Of a DNA stretch of 64,000 nucleotides, positions 1-14,141 are shown piece after piece. Location: contig CM068742.1 in assembly GCA_035084275.1 (NCBI GenBank), positions 55,366,001 through 55,430,000 on the forward strand, given 5' to 3'. Source of the stretch: Hydrolagus colliei. Taxonomy: Eukaryota. The translations under genes were made by a program, and so were the position numbers. The stretch's first letter is position 1; each line of letters begins with the position of its first letter. The notes under the pieces were generated by a model that worked only from the letters and a program-made list of their open reading frames with translations, was not told where the DNA came from and made no database searches.

Positions 1-1091
1 GGAATAACAATACCCTTGCTCCATGGAATCTGTCAACTGATTTACGCTTTTATAGTTTGATTTTTAGAGAAAATGTGTGTTTGTCAAGGTAAGAGGTGTC
101 AGGACTGCAAATGCAATTCCTTTTCACTTTAAATAACCAGCGAAAGCACAATCGACTCTAAAGTTGGGTTCAGTAAAAGTTAGGTTCAGAGCAACAGTTT
201 CCTCCTTTGTCCTAAGTGTGCACTAGGACCTTCAGTTTCGAAAAAGACACTCCCAGCTGCACCAATGATTAATGCTATTTCTAACCCAGCCATGGAATGA
301 GATTAGCAATTTAATGCCAACTAGACAATATTATAGGCTGTTTCATGTGGTGGCCTCGTGACTAATAACTGAGATGAGAATGTCTGCACTCTCTACACAT
401 AAAAAAAAGCAGCTGTTGGAGAGGAGAGGATAAGTTTCCATAAGAGAAATGCAGGTGCTAACATGGCTTAGCATAACTGGATGCTCACGTAGCCAGGCCC
501 TGGCAATAGTTTTGTCAGCATGTGGAGCATTTCAGCACTTGATTGACAAACAGACCATTCTTTTCATCTTGCTCATTCCACGTATGCTCAAGACCACCCA
601 TCTGATTGCTCTTTTTGAGCCCTTCCCGCTCTTACAACGAGAGAGAGAGAAGAGAGTGGATACGCTGTTACACAGAAATAATGTCAGGCAGGAATAGACC
701 ATTGGCCTCTCTAATCTAACTACTCAATTCCGTGTATAATTTCTTCCTAATATTACTGTACCCTGTTCCTTAAATAAATTGTGCAAAAAACAGCTTCCAA
801 ATTAGAAGTGAATTCAGTTTTCCAATTACCTTTTCCAAAGTCTGCACAATCTCCAATTGTAACACAATTGTCTTAAGCCAAAAGAAAGCCAAATATTCTG
901 TGCCCCAGGCATGATGTCAGTTTTAAACCACACAACACTGATTTAGCGTTTTAATCCAGGTAAAATAATTGCTGTGTGAACAGGAGCTCGTTAAGTACAT
1001 TGTAATATTATTAATAGAAATATTAAGTTATTAAAGGACGGTTCGGCACAATAGAGCACAGTAAAATATGTTACACTAGTAATTCCCTCAC

Positions 1092-1208
1092 CTGGGTCTA
1101 CTATAGCGGGCACAGGGTGACCTGGAACATGACCTTGAATATGAGCAAGGGCTTCCACGCGACCTGTGCTGTACCCTACTGCGCCCTGAATCATAGCATT
1201 GATGTGAT
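1092..1208 (-). CDS. PPARGC1A: PGC-1alpha exon 9: (R)SHQCYDSGRSRVQHRSRGSPCSYSRSCSRSPCARYSRP(R) (second RS region)
   Basis: cttcatag|A TCA ... CCC AG|gtgag; 117 nt, phase 2/2 continuing exon 8; resembles mammalian ...RSRSRSPYSRRPR. Confidence 0.88.
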
Positions 1209-4200
1209 CTATGAAGCAAAATAAATGTAAATATGTCACCGAAATTAATAGCAATCAGAAATTTTTCAAATCATTTGGCGAAAATTAAAACCTCTTCGCA
1301 ATTTAGTGAGCCAGATTGAAGCAGGGGCGTGAGCATGTGTCGAGAATTTTTCACACGCTATGTTCCTCTTCTCAGGCAGGGTGTGTGGGAGCTGAGCATT
1401 GGGGCTAGTGCTGAGAGGAGTCTAGGCACTTACCCCATGGACTTGTAAAGTAAAACACGGAGCACAAGTCAATGCAGGCCGCTTCTGGCAGCTGGTTACA
1501 GGGCAGGAAAGCCCAACAGTAGACTGCTGCTCAATCAGGGAATATCGTGGCATGATAGGAGGGTAGGGGGGCAAATAAAGAGAGGGAAAATAATAAGAGG
1601 ACGGGGAAGAAAAATGTTTTTAATAAACTGTATAGAAATTATATTATGAAATCGTCATACACCAGATGATCACATTTGTGGATTCTATTCATAGAAGTGG
1701 TTAACATAGCCAGCCAGACGCAAACAAAAACAAGCAATTAGTGAATCAATGAGAAAAGTACCTAACGGAAATGAAACTGGAAAAAAAAAGTTATTTATAC
1801 TTCAGTCGCAGAATCACCGAGTCACAGTTTAATTGTAAAGCAGCATTTCTAGGTAATGAATAAAATCTGCTTTCCAGTGGAAGTCATTAGATTAGCTGCA
1901 GCCTGAAGTCTGGGCAGACGGACCATGGCGTCTTGAGGGACTGAAGGACATGCACTCAATGCCCTTTCTTCTCTTCACTCACCTCTCCTGTTCTCTACGT
2001 GAGGCTCCTGTTACTGATCGAGGTTGAACTCAACTACCTACATCACTCTCACAGTGTAGGAAATGGCATAGTGGCCTGTCAGCTATGAATCACCTCCACC
2101 AACAGCAAAGACCATTTCAACACAGGACATAGATGTTGTAAGTTATTTCTAGGTTCAATATTCTATGCACTGCAATAAAACAATTTAAAATAACTACAAA
2201 AGCCTGGATGCCCATATTTCTACGTTTAAATCATTAGTTCTAATAACATCATGTAATCTACTACAGTAAACAATCTGGAATCCATTGCTAAAGATAGCAG
2301 CAAGCTATAGAGTCTGCTCACTTAATTAGCTTCAGAAAGCTTGTAGACTATTCTAAGTCCCCATTTATGATGCAAGTTTATGTCAGCTAGTATTTCACAT
2401 TCAACCATCTGGCCAAACATTGTCAATCCAAAATCTTTCCTGGTTCCGCCTTGGCATGGGGTTACTGTCTGTTCTAGTGTTCTTTATTACCCTTCTTGGG
2501 TCAAACAGCAGATTTATTTTCTATCAATGTTCCATTTTACTCTATGGCAAAAAAAACCTATTAAATGTACAGGAGAAAGGCAATAGGCCTTCACCATTTT
2601 GGTGCTAAAGCTTTTATTCCTTCTCGCCACATCCATCCTTTTTTTTCCACGAACACATCTCATTGCCTCCTGAACCAACTTCTACTGCTTCCTTCAACAG
2701 CCTTTTCCACACCCAATATATCAATTATCTTTTGCATGAAATAATTCTGTCTGAATCCTGTGTGAGTGAATTCCTAGTTGTCAAGTACGTCCTCTTTTTT
2801 TTAATCAACTGTCAATATGAAAAGTCGTCCCAAGCCAACTTTCATTCCCAGTCATGATTCTTAAATTTTTTATTATCTATGAAACAAGATTATGGTGTCA
2901 AGCTCAGTGCTCATGCACAAAACTTTCCATAAAGAAAGCTCTCTCTATTTAATAGGATAAACCGGCACTGATCTAAGAAATACCTGAATTAATAGACTAA
3001 TTTAAGGCAATGTAAATGGCATGGCATTTGAATGCATGTGAATGGTGCCAGCAAACTTAATGCAGATAGAATTCTTATCAATTCTATATAGTCCTTTCAT
3101 CTATGATGTCCAATGATCTGACATTATATACTCCAGCGATCACTTAATCTACCAGCATGTACACCTCTCCTCCTGCCCTCAATTTGGTGGTGTTAAACAT
3201 TATCCTGTAAAGCACAGCTACATTTAGGTTACTTCATAAGTCAACCACCATGTCAGGCATCCAGGAAGCCAACCATCATAGTAGGAATAAATCTATCTCT
3301 GCCACTGAACTGATCTCTAGCAATACGTTAAAGAAGGGAAAAGTCATCTAAGCTCCAATGGAAGTATCTTTCAATTAGAAAGAGAGGAAGCAAAATGCCT
3401 AATGTACAGTATATTAATAGTTTACCATTACCAAATAGTGCAAAAGCTATGTCAGTGGCTGGGGAAAGTGCCATTCCTTATTACTATTCTTTTGCGCATT
3501 TTATAATTTTATTGTTAGGATGATAAAGATTTAAATGTTACAGATAAAATATATGTGTAACCCCAGGATCTAATAGTCAACAAATTCTAACAAGGAATTA
3601 GAATTGCATCATGGTGGAATTGTATTTTGATGCATCATATTGGCTCCCTTCCAAAATCATTTACTTTGGAGTATGGTTCCCACGGCTCAGATAGCAATAC
3701 TTCCAGATACCAGGTCATTTCCATTTTGTTTCCTTATTAAGCAATCCTGTTAGAAATTGCTACATGTTAGATCCCATAGCAACAATTTCAGTCTGGAGTA
3801 GACCATCAACCAATTAAATCTACCCATCCAATTTCTCAGAGATCCCTTTGTTGCATATTTATAAATCTCATAACCCTGAATCTTTTTTGATGACATAAAC
3901 TTGTCCTGTCTTTTTAATTTCTTGCTTCACCACCATCCTCAGGTTGTATAACAAGTATTGTTTGCCTCTGACTGAAATATTAGGGTCTAACTTGTGGAAT
4001 TTCTGAACACAAATAGGATTCCTTATTAGGAAATTGTAAACAATTGTGGAAATGGTGACTTGTTCCGATGAACAGAAATATTTCAGCTCCAACCCTGGGA
4101 AATTTGCTTTGGTCTACTCCAACAAAGCAGAATCCCTGCAGACCAAAAGGAAGTCTAAAGGGATACTTCTAAATCACAAATTAGATCTCATTGTTCATCT

Positions 4201-4269
4201 TTAATATTTCTAGAAACACTAGATATTCCCATCCAATTCAAAAGTTTGAAAGAAAATGCATTTCCTTAC

Positions 4270-5203
4270 CTGGAGGAGGATCTGCAATATGGAGACCTTG
4301 ATCGAGAACGAGAGCAGGAGGAGCGAGAAGAGACCCGAGATCTTGGATAAGACCTAGATCTAGACCTTGTCCTGCATGTTCTTTGAAAAGAGGCAAAAGC
4401 CTTCACTGAGGAGACAGAATCACTGCCTGGGGAACTGGACAAAGAACGCGAGCAAGATCTTTCTAACAAGAACCCATCTGGTGTTCCATCCCATGGATAA
4501 ATAAATTTGTCTGTTTCATCATCACTTTCATCAAACACACCGTCCATAGACATCCCTGCATTGAGATATGTAGGCAACTTTGAATAATATTCAAAGCAAA
4601 AGTCTTTTTCTCGCTGATGGTTTGCCTTATCTTCTAGTTCATCAAAGAAAGCTTGGCTAGGATGGCCAAAATGCTTGTTTAGCTCAGCCCGAATTTCTTG
4701 GTCTTTTAGCTGTGTCTTGCTATTAGAGAAGGAAAGGGCCTGCATATTATGTTGCTGATTTTCTTTGCTGCACACTTGACTGACAGAAATAATGTTTTGT
4801 TGTTGCTGCCTAGGCAAAGGGAGTTTAATGTCTTTGGGATCTCGTGATCTGCAGGGATCTCTGATATTTAGCGATTCTGCCTTTGCAATTATAAACTGGC
4901 AGTAGTCATGGTCACCAAAGAGCCGTGTGCTTGACCGAGACATTTTCCTTTCCTCATTTCGGCCAAGGCTAAGTGCACTGGGTAAAACTGAAGTCTTACT
5001 AAGCTGGGCGTAGAGTTCAGTTTGTTCGGGATCCTTCTTTGCAGGACTGCTTGGCGGAGGATTAGAGGCAGAATCATTTAAGCGTGATTTCTTTGGTGGT
5101 GGGTTGCGTACCGAAGAGCTGCAAGTAGCCTTATGTTTGACTGCAGTCTTAAAGGGATTATCTTGATTGGCTTTGTGTGGAGGAGTGGTTGGTGGAGTTA
5201 GAC
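4270..5203 (-). CDS. PPARGC1A: PGC-1alpha exon 8 (large exon): GLTPPTTPPHKANQDNPF...GDHDYCQ...EIRAELNKHFGHP...RSRSRS
   Basis: tttcag|GT CTA ACT ... TCC AG|gtaag; 934 nt, phase 1/2, inside ORF 4266..5276. Contains the TPPTTPP phosphodegron, DHDY HCF-binding motif and first RS domain. Confidence 0.97.
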
Positions 5204-8169
5204 CTGAAATGAAAATGACAGCATATCTTTTCACACCAGTCAGTGATTGAAGGCTAACCATTAGAATTAAGAGCATTTCGAAACACTGGCCATTTTCAAA
5301 TAACCAGGTACCAAAAGCTAATCACATTGTGATGAACTGAGTAAAGTGCTGCCTTGTGTGGCTGACAGCACAATTTGCATTAATGCAGAGTGCAACAGAT
5401 TCCAAATGACTTGATTACAATGTTCCTGTCTCATTGCTGTTCATTATTTAAATGAAGTGCTACTAATGTAGTCTGAGTTTTATAAATGATACAATATTCA
5501 CTTCAGATTTCCACCAATATAGGCAGCCAGATAAGACCATAAAGGATCTCCTTTCACCAAATAGTGCATAGATGGATCCAACTGAAACATTCATTCTTTG
5601 TTTGCCTTAACTAAGTATCCTGTAGATTTTGTTCAAACCAGCAAATAGAATATTGCTGATAAAATAGCTTATTAAATCTGTAATGTTCAAATATTTCTTA
5701 CTATATCTTCTATACTTCTTGATGCTCACCGCTGATGATAGATTTATGCACAGACAGATGGCTGTTCTATGCTGAAGGCTGGCAACCAGCAGTTTATAGC
5801 CCTGTCATTACACATGCACAAACACCCTGCATTGCAACATTATATGGAATGTAATTTGGGTTATTATTCCATTGCCGCCTCTTCTCTGGTTGCATTAACG
5901 TTGCATGCTGCACTAAATAACAAATAGCTAATATATTACATAGACAGTAATTGTGTTGGGAAATTCATTTTGCGTAAACAATATCAGTGATGCTTAAAAT
6001 TTTCAAAATGAATCCTATTTTTAAACGTGCCATTTATTCTAGAATATTACATGTGTGTATTTGACATTAGTAGTCATATTTTCAAGAGTTCTGCGAATAT
6101 AGGCAAATAATATCTTATACTGAAACTTAGCTAAAATCCTTCCCAGTTATTCTAGTTTTCTTTAGATGGATTTAGTGGACCACTTGTCAGATGTCACAAG
6201 GAACCCCTAGGCTATAATTCCTGAACACTAAGCATTCAAATAGGCCCATTTTTCATACTGTAGTGATTTCCACCATTCAACTCACTTGCCACGGGTCAGA
6301 ATATTTGCAAAGCTTCTTTGTGTAACTTTGTATAAATACATATGAAATTTTAGGAAATACAATGTACTATCAATTGTGATTAATCCACCAAAGAACTCAT
6401 TGAAAGCTGGTTCATGATTATACAGTATCTAACTCATTACATTTCTGCATCAATCATCAGTGTCAACTATTGATTACATTTCCCTTCAGTACTTTTAGAA
6501 AAAAAGAGGAAAAATATGATTTGCTTCATGCCCACTCCAAAGTATAGAAAAGGAATGTGTTATAAAGTTTGAGATGTGATTGACTAATTGTAACTATTCA
6601 GCACAATTTTCATTGCATTTTGGTGAATAACTTCTATAGAATCATCCAGTCAATCCCTTTCATTTTTACAATCATCCCAGATGCAATATAATCTAGCAGG
6701 TTCATATTGATTTATACAGGAAGCCGCATACAAGAAGTCAAAATCCAATAGCTCCTAAAACAGTTTCACTTGTTTTCCAATATTCCTAGGACATTGTCAC
6801 AATTTTAATCAAAGCATTAAGCAACCTCTTAGAAGAGTCACATGACACAGGCACCTTAAATATACAATGACTTACTTTTAGAGTAAAATCTGGTTGCTTA
6901 TCATGGGATAAATTAAGAAGAAAGACGTGTGAGGTGCACATAACACTGTTTGTAGAGTTCATACAAAAATAAAGAAACAGATGACACACAAACAAGTATT
7001 TTGATATCTGCAAGGAAAATAATGTGACATATACCGGTTGTTCATTGTAAAAGTGTGAATATTAATCCCAGCACCAAATAAGTCCTCTACCATCAAATAG
7101 GAAGTTGAAATGGATAACACCTGACAAAACTAGCAAATACCTCACAGCCTGAACTGTTACTTATGCATGCGTGAAAACGTATTGAAGCCTGAGAGGAATA
7201 ATATTCACACTGAAAAACACATGTGATTTAATACAGTAATGGCAAAAAAACAATAGAAGATAAAAACAGTGGATATGACTAACTGGATGTAATTATAATG
7301 TAATTTAATTACAACTTTAGCATAATTGGATAGGTACAATTTTATAATGTTTTTACTCCAAATTAGATGATTGTTTCAAACGTTTGCTGATTCAACAAAT
7401 CTGATGATTTGACTTTTGAAAATTATTTAAAGTACTTCAGGGGTATTATTCACTGATATGTGCTCGTACTGTTCCAAGTGCAAACTTTATTCACACCAGC
7501 AAGCATTTAGGGAAACAAAAACTTGCATATTTATAGAATCTTATGCACTGAAAGTCTCAGAGTGCATTCAAGTAATTAACAGACTGTACAATTCAGACCA
7601 AGAGTGTTGTGGGCTGGATACCAGGTTCAAGCTAATTTTCTCGATGGGGTGGATAGTTAAAGGAAGGACCTGAATGCCTATGACAGTTACGAAACCAAGC
7701 ACTACCTCTTCAAGTAGTCCCATCCCCCACTCCCATGTGTTCCTACTTCTGGTTGGCAAAATACTGTACCATTACTAGAGTAGCACGAGAATAAACCATC
7801 CATTTGTTGAAGTAGCAGCATAGATAATGCATAAGGATTCAGCACTACTACAACGTGGAGACAGAATGTGCACTGTTACATTCAGCCAAATATGCTAAAC
7901 TATTTTAAAAATGGAACATTTTTATGACTTAACTACTAATGTTAATTGTCCCCATTATAAATAACTTCATGTAATTATAATAAAATTGGCAATTGCAGAC
8001 AATTAAGTCTATCAGCCTTCTGGGCTTCAGCATTTCAATTTTATGCTCATTAAAGCAAGAGATGTCAGTCAAGGGAAATGGAATAGAATATTTTCCAGTT
8101 TGGGCACTCATTGTTGGAATCAGCACTCCCAGATCAGGTAAGATGATGCCAGATGGACATCAAAGCTCC

Positions 8170-8510
8170 TGTACTCTTACTCTAAAGGATTCCCCATTCA
8201 CAACTCAGGGTCTTCATTAGCCTCCTACATCCTTCCCAGTAACTGTACGGATCAACTTTAAGATCCTCCACTCTCAAATGGTGGTCCACACGTTTGGCCC
8301 ACACAGCCCACTGTACCTCTGTGAACTCCCATGGCTCTACTCCTCAACCCACTTTGTCTACTCTGCTAACTCAGGTTTACTTAATTGTACCCCTGCCCCC
8401 CCTTCATTGTAAGACTGCAAACTCTATTCCAAAGCCTTGCTTCCTCTTTTATTCAAAATCCATCTAAAAATCTATCTCTTTGACTGACCCTTCTCTCACC
8501 TACACTCCAA
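8170..8510 (+). mobile_element. Degenerate L2-type LINE 3' fragment
   Basis: Decayed ...cggatcaactttaagatcctc (RINFKIL) followed by the pyrimidine-rich L2 3' region; boundaries approximate. Confidence 0.5.
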
Positions 8511-9834
8511 TTTTGTAATCCCATTCTGCCTCCTGCACAAAACGTACTATATAAATGCCAACTGTTGTCAATGTTGTTATTGATTAAAGAAATAATGTCC
8601 CCAAATTCCTGGTCATACCCTGAATGAATGTGCCTCTTGTTCTGCTGCTTTGGCATATCTGAAAATAATTCAATTTATTTTTTCTATCCCAATAAGCGTT
8701 TTATGAACCCCCCAGACCTCTCAGGCACTTGTTATTTTAAGTGAGTAAGGCTGTATCTTATCTGGTCAATTCTAATAGCTCATCCGTTTCCTACAAAGAA
8801 TCAACCACATGCTTCTCAGTAGTGCCTATAGGGCAGTAAACTTAAGAGTTTCAGCATGATCTACAGAAATCTGAATTTAACTGAATTTGTAATCTAGCCC
8901 ACCATTCCATTCATTCCACTTATTGTTATCTCACAAATATTTGAGCATATTGAGTGGCAGGACAACTAACAAACACTGTTAAATCTCTTTAAGTGTGTCT
9001 CTTGGGAAGCTGATATTGTTGGAGTGGGGGACGGGGGGGGGGGGGGGGGGGACTCACACCTGTGCCAGTCATGAAGAATGGATGAATAAAATTGATATTT
9101 CACAACTGATTCATTAACACATTTGAATCTTGGTACAAAACATATCACTTTTCACCTCATAGAGGGAAGCAATATCGATATTGTAAAATTGAATTTTGCA
9201 AAATTGCCATGAATCATTGCTTTGCGGAAAGAGAGGAACATTTCCGAGATTCAATAGGTTAAATATTAACTTTTAAAATGCTTAAGAGATTGGTTCTGAG
9301 TGAGGAATTCCAGCTGATTATTAACATCTGGAATATTGGACATGTGGGACTCATTCTCTGCAGCGTATTCTCTAATGTACTGTCATCCTTCACAATTGGT
9401 CAGGAGGGAAATTTTAAAACAGAAGTATTCTTAATAATATTGTAAACTTTAAGGCTCCTACAGGCCTTGTTAATTCAAACCTATTCCAAATAAAGGTCTC
9501 ATGCCACAGAGAATTCCATTTTAAAACTAGTTTATTTGTTAACGATTTTCTGGAAACATTTATGTGATATTGAACAGGAATTGCCTTTGTGAAAAGACAT
9601 TGACAAAACATTCGAAAATATATTACTTCTTTTAAAAAACTGAAGCAAAATAACATTATTTTATAGAATTATGACACATGCCTCTTCTTGCTTCCCTTTC
9701 AAACAGTTAAAGATTTATCTTTTTCATGAAGCTAAGGACCTTTAAAAGCCACAAAAATGGATAGCAGGAAACAACACATATTTGTTTTCCCATGGTTGCT
9801 GCCAGGATATCATGACTGAATCATCCAACGAGCC

Positions 9835-10010
9835 AGTAGTCTAAGCTGACACTCTAAAGCCGTTTTGTGGAGGAACTGGATTGTCAGAGGTACCATTCTT
9901 TGGATGAGATACTAAACCAAAGTCTTCTGTGCCTCTTTAGGAGGATGGTAAAGAACCCATAGCACTATTCCATAAAGAGAAGTGAGTTTCTACCAGTGTC
10001 CTGGTCTTAA
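9835..10010 (+). mobile_element. Ancient Deu-domain SINE fragment (AmnSINE1/SacSINE1-like)
   Basis: ttgtcagaggtaccattctttggatgagatactaaacc...cccatagcactattc...ccagtgtcctgg resembles the recalled Deu-domain consensus; related reverse copies at ~50.0, 51.0 and 62.0 kb. Confidence 0.6.
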
Positions 10011-12626
10011 AAAGGTAATTCACTTCACAGGAATCCAAACCTTTCAGACATATCAATACTATTAAGTGCAATATTGAAATAAAGGTTTGTTTTATTTAGA
10101 ATACTGAATCTGTATAATAAAAAGATTGAGCCTGCCCAATATTCTTTTATAAAAAAAATTACAAGGAAAATGCATCATTATTTCAGAGTAGGGCATTCCC
10201 ATTTTTTTGAATCATTACAACGTGTTGTGTGGTTTTCCCTTTGATGGCAACGATAGTGATAGAGGAAAATCAGAAAATCCAGTCGTAGCCTGAATAACAA
10301 GGTCAGGGAGCAACTAAGGTAACTCAGCAAATGAGGAAGACATGTCCACAAGAGGGCAACCTAATGGCAATAATATTGCATCAACTTCTGAGAACAGGCT
10401 GCCAAACTGTCAAGACATTTGGAAATCCAATGGGGAAAAATGCTAATGTACGTGGGATTTTAAAAAGATCTTAAATCAAAATATAACCATAGCATATTTA
10501 TCACTCAGGAATTAAAATGCCGAATGGGCAAATGATTGGCCTAGTGCTCCTTGAAGTTGTCTTGGTCAAAACAGTTGAAAAGCTACTTTGAAGGCAGTCA
10601 CATCTTTTCCATGCTATAGCTGAGAAGACCAGTCTGTTTTGGACCCAGAAGTAGAGTTTTGCCCCAATCCATAACTCCCTACCCAGTAAGCAATAGTGGG
10701 CATTATCAGATAAACATATCTCCAACAAAAAATATGTTCCTACATGACAAAATGTAGCAACTTAATTTGTCAGTAGGAAATTCCATCTCAGATTCAAATA
10801 ATCATAGTTAACATGGCATGAATTTCTAGTCACTGGTACACAGGGTAGCAAATCACATTTTCTAACGGTGTAATGCTGAACATTACCAATATTCAGCAGC
10901 CCAGCCATTACAGAATATAATGTCCCCTCCACTCAACCACCCCATGTTGCTAAATATACCCCAAAAATTAATGAGAATCATTGGTCAACAGGATAGATGC
11001 TTGAGGAAAAATAGTAAGGGCTATGGGCAAAGCACAGATAAATTGGATCAGAGTTGATAGCTCCAGTGGAGGACATAGCAACAGAGTAGATACAAAGAGC
11101 TCAATCACCTCATCCTGGTCTGTGAATATTTTATCATTGTATAATCACACCTTTGTATTTTGATTGAACGGATGAATTTATGAGTATGTTTTGAAACCTT
11201 CCCATTGCTACCTCACCATTCCACCCAGCACTCCCCCCCACTCCCCAATCAACACACACAAGAGGGCTAGGAAAGAATTTCAACAAATGTAGTGATTTAT
11301 ATTTGAAATCCCAATGTACTTCATTGAGAATACTCAGTGGGGAAGTTTGGATGCAGAAGGTAATCCACAAGTGAGGAGGATATGATAATTCCCAAGTGAG
11401 AAAGTTATAAAGGTCTGCCTCGTGAGACAAATCCATTCTGTATTCCAAAGTTCCCCACTGAGTACTTTTGTTTACACAACATGAACTTTATGTGATAAAT
11501 CATTGAAATGGAAATATTGAATAAATTATGGAAATGATGAAATGTGCATTAACAAAAATTTATCACAGTCTGTGTACTCACATGCGTTGTTGTAAAATTT
11601 GATGTGCCATTTGCACCTTTATTTTATGATTGATATTTATGGCATATGCATGAGAGAACAGAGCTGGAATCATCTAGGCTTTGAAGCAGCACATAGTGAC
11701 GGTCTGTCTCTCAGTGTTAATCATTAGAGAGCAACAAAATATCTTCTTTGAACAATAAAAGGCAATTTCAATTTAAAGATGATAATATCACAAACTGAAA
11801 ATGAATGCTTTATTTTTTCATTAGGAACTTTAGGTTTGTCTTAAAATCAATAACTACATTAGAAGTCTCTTTTAACGGTTTGGATCCAATTATATTAACT
11901 GAAATGGAAAAACAATGTTATGAATAAGAAGAGCAACAATCTGTTATTCCGCTATCAGTATTTTGTTGAGCACATTCCCCTGTAGTCCATTATAAAACAT
12001 CAAATACAATTGTGCTACTCTTTTTTACACTTGTATTTGATGTATGCCTTTATCAAAAAGGATCGTATTATTTCAAAAATACTACCTGGATACCTTATAT
12101 GAATGCATTCAGTCTCTGATGGGTAGGATTTGTTAGATTATGTCAACCTTGAGAAATTTTGCGACTGATATCAGAAAACAGGATGGAGAACACATCAGGG
12201 AAAAATCTTTTGAAAAACTGGCTAATTTATAGCTATTCTCTTTGCTATGTTAAATAGAATCAAATCATTTATATTACAGCATAGAAGGAGGCCATTTAGC
12301 CCATGAAGCCTAAAATGGTACTACCTCAGCCACAAATCTGTGCAGAAAATGTCCATGTTCCTATGTTGATAACTGCTCTAATCTCTTTGTTTATCCAATT
12401 CCCTTTTCAATATTGTTATGATCTCAGCCAACTTTTGGCACAACGGTGCAGCCTCACTATAACACGCTTCACTATAGCCCAGAATGCTTAACACATGGTT
12501 GCACTATAGACCCTGTTATTTGTACAGAATGCCAGTTTTTGACGAATATAGTCCCTGTTATGTAATGAAAACTCTCAACCATAACAGCTTAACCATGCAC
12601 AGATGGAGGAAACTATCATGTCTTAC

Positions 12627-12700
12627 CTGCAGTACCAGAGAGTTGTACACTCAGCGTACGTTCAATGGTCTTGTTCTCAAAAGGGGAGCCCTTGGGATCA
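12627..12700 (-). CDS. PPARGC1A: PGC-1alpha exon 7: DPKGSPFENKTIERTLSVQLSGTA(G)
   Basis: tttttcag|T GAT CCC AAG ... GCA G|gtaag; 74 nt, phase 2/1. Confidence 0.97.
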
Positions 12701-12822
12701 CTGAAAAATATATGTTTATTTTTAATTTATTTCAGTTGCTTAATTGATTTACATCTAAAAATTTCAAATACAATGCTTCACTCAAATATGAGAAATCCTA
12801 CAATTTTCTAAGAAACACTTAC

Positions 12823-12868
12823 TTTGATGATTCGGGTGTCAGGGGCAGAGACAAAGTAGTTGGTCTAG
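12823..12868 (-). CDS. PPARGC1A: PGC-1alpha exon 6: (A)RPTTLSLPLTPESS(N)
   Basis: tgcag|CT AGA CCA ... TCA AA|gtaag; 46 nt, phase 1/2. Confidence 0.95.
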
Positions 12869-14141
12869 CTGCAAAATTTAAATAAGAAATGCTTTAGTTA
12901 CTGGTAACCTAAAACATGTGGCTTTTAGTTTTGCCTTCCTGTGTTGCATTTTGCTAGTTACATGAAACGAATACCTCAGCAAAATAGATGGCCACATTTG
13001 GATTAAACAGCCATAAGTGCACAAGTTATTCTAGAGGTTAATGAGCACACTGGAAGACATCTTTATTGTCATTACCAATTTTTTCCCTGTACTCCTTGCC
13101 TACTGGTGTTTTAAGACTCCCTTTCCCTTCTACTGTGAGAAAATTTCCAAAGGCACTCTGTATCTCCAGTACCTCCTTCACCTTATGCCATAAAGCTTAT
13201 AGGATCAATGCATTTAGGAGCAGGAACCATGTCTAATTTTGCGTTTCAACTTTGGATCTGAAGCCTATTGTAGCTTCTGCTTCCCTGGATGAGATTGACT
13301 AACTCAGCACAGACTGCAAATTGAACCCAAGACCTTTCCAGTCTACATGACTCAACTACTCACTGCATTAGCTCTCTGAGCCATTGTGGGAAGGTGCACA
13401 GAAATAATTTGCTGTATACTTTGATGGATAGATCAGACAGTTTCTCTCAGGTGAAATCTGATCATCAAAAATATAAGGAATTGAAACAAATCATGCTCAT
13501 TTACAACAAAACCAGTAATGATCTCAACATTAGAGAAACACCACCAAAATATAGAAATGTTTGCATATCAGGGGAACTGAAAATCATTCATTTATAGCCG
13601 TATAGAGATTGTTTTGTTTTATTCTATAATTATTAGGCTGTGCGCTGGATTTATTTTGACCCCTTCAGTAGCAAATTATTGGCTGCAATGTTAATAAATC
13701 AGATGATGCATTATCAAAGAATTATGATGTGAAAGAACACTTGATGCACTGGAAATAGTAAAATTATAACACCTTGAAGCTTTCCCAGAAGGAATTATAA
13801 CCAAAATGAAAAATAAAGTCACATGGTTGCAAAAAAAATAAAATGAATACAATAGAAATAGAAAAATCAATGCGGAAGAATTGTATCACATTTAAAATTA
13901 GTTGAATAATTCATGATTATCATTTATTATACTGAAAGCGATTGACACACCCATTCCCATTTGTATACAGCAACAAAAGTCACAAATAAAAAAACTACAA
14001 TAAATCATAAGACTGCAGTATGCTTTTCATTATAATCTTAAGGTATAATGACAATGTTATCATTATAATGATAATGTGCAGTATAATGACAATTATGTTT
14101 AAAAGCACAAAATTGTGCGTAAGCTGCAGTTACGGGTTATA

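Noticed and set aside
1-1091. Search for exon 10 (YDSYEEYQHERLKREEY-like)
   Set aside because: No matching sequence found; it lies outside the window.
991-1254. 87-aa minus-strand ORF over exon 9
   Set aside because: Wrong frame; the RS-rich frame continuing exon 8 is the coding one.
5204-5276. N-terminal 24 aa of ORF 4266..5276 (MLLILMVSLQ...)
   Set aside because: Intron 7 read-through upstream of the tttcag acceptor; homology starts at GLTPPTTPP.
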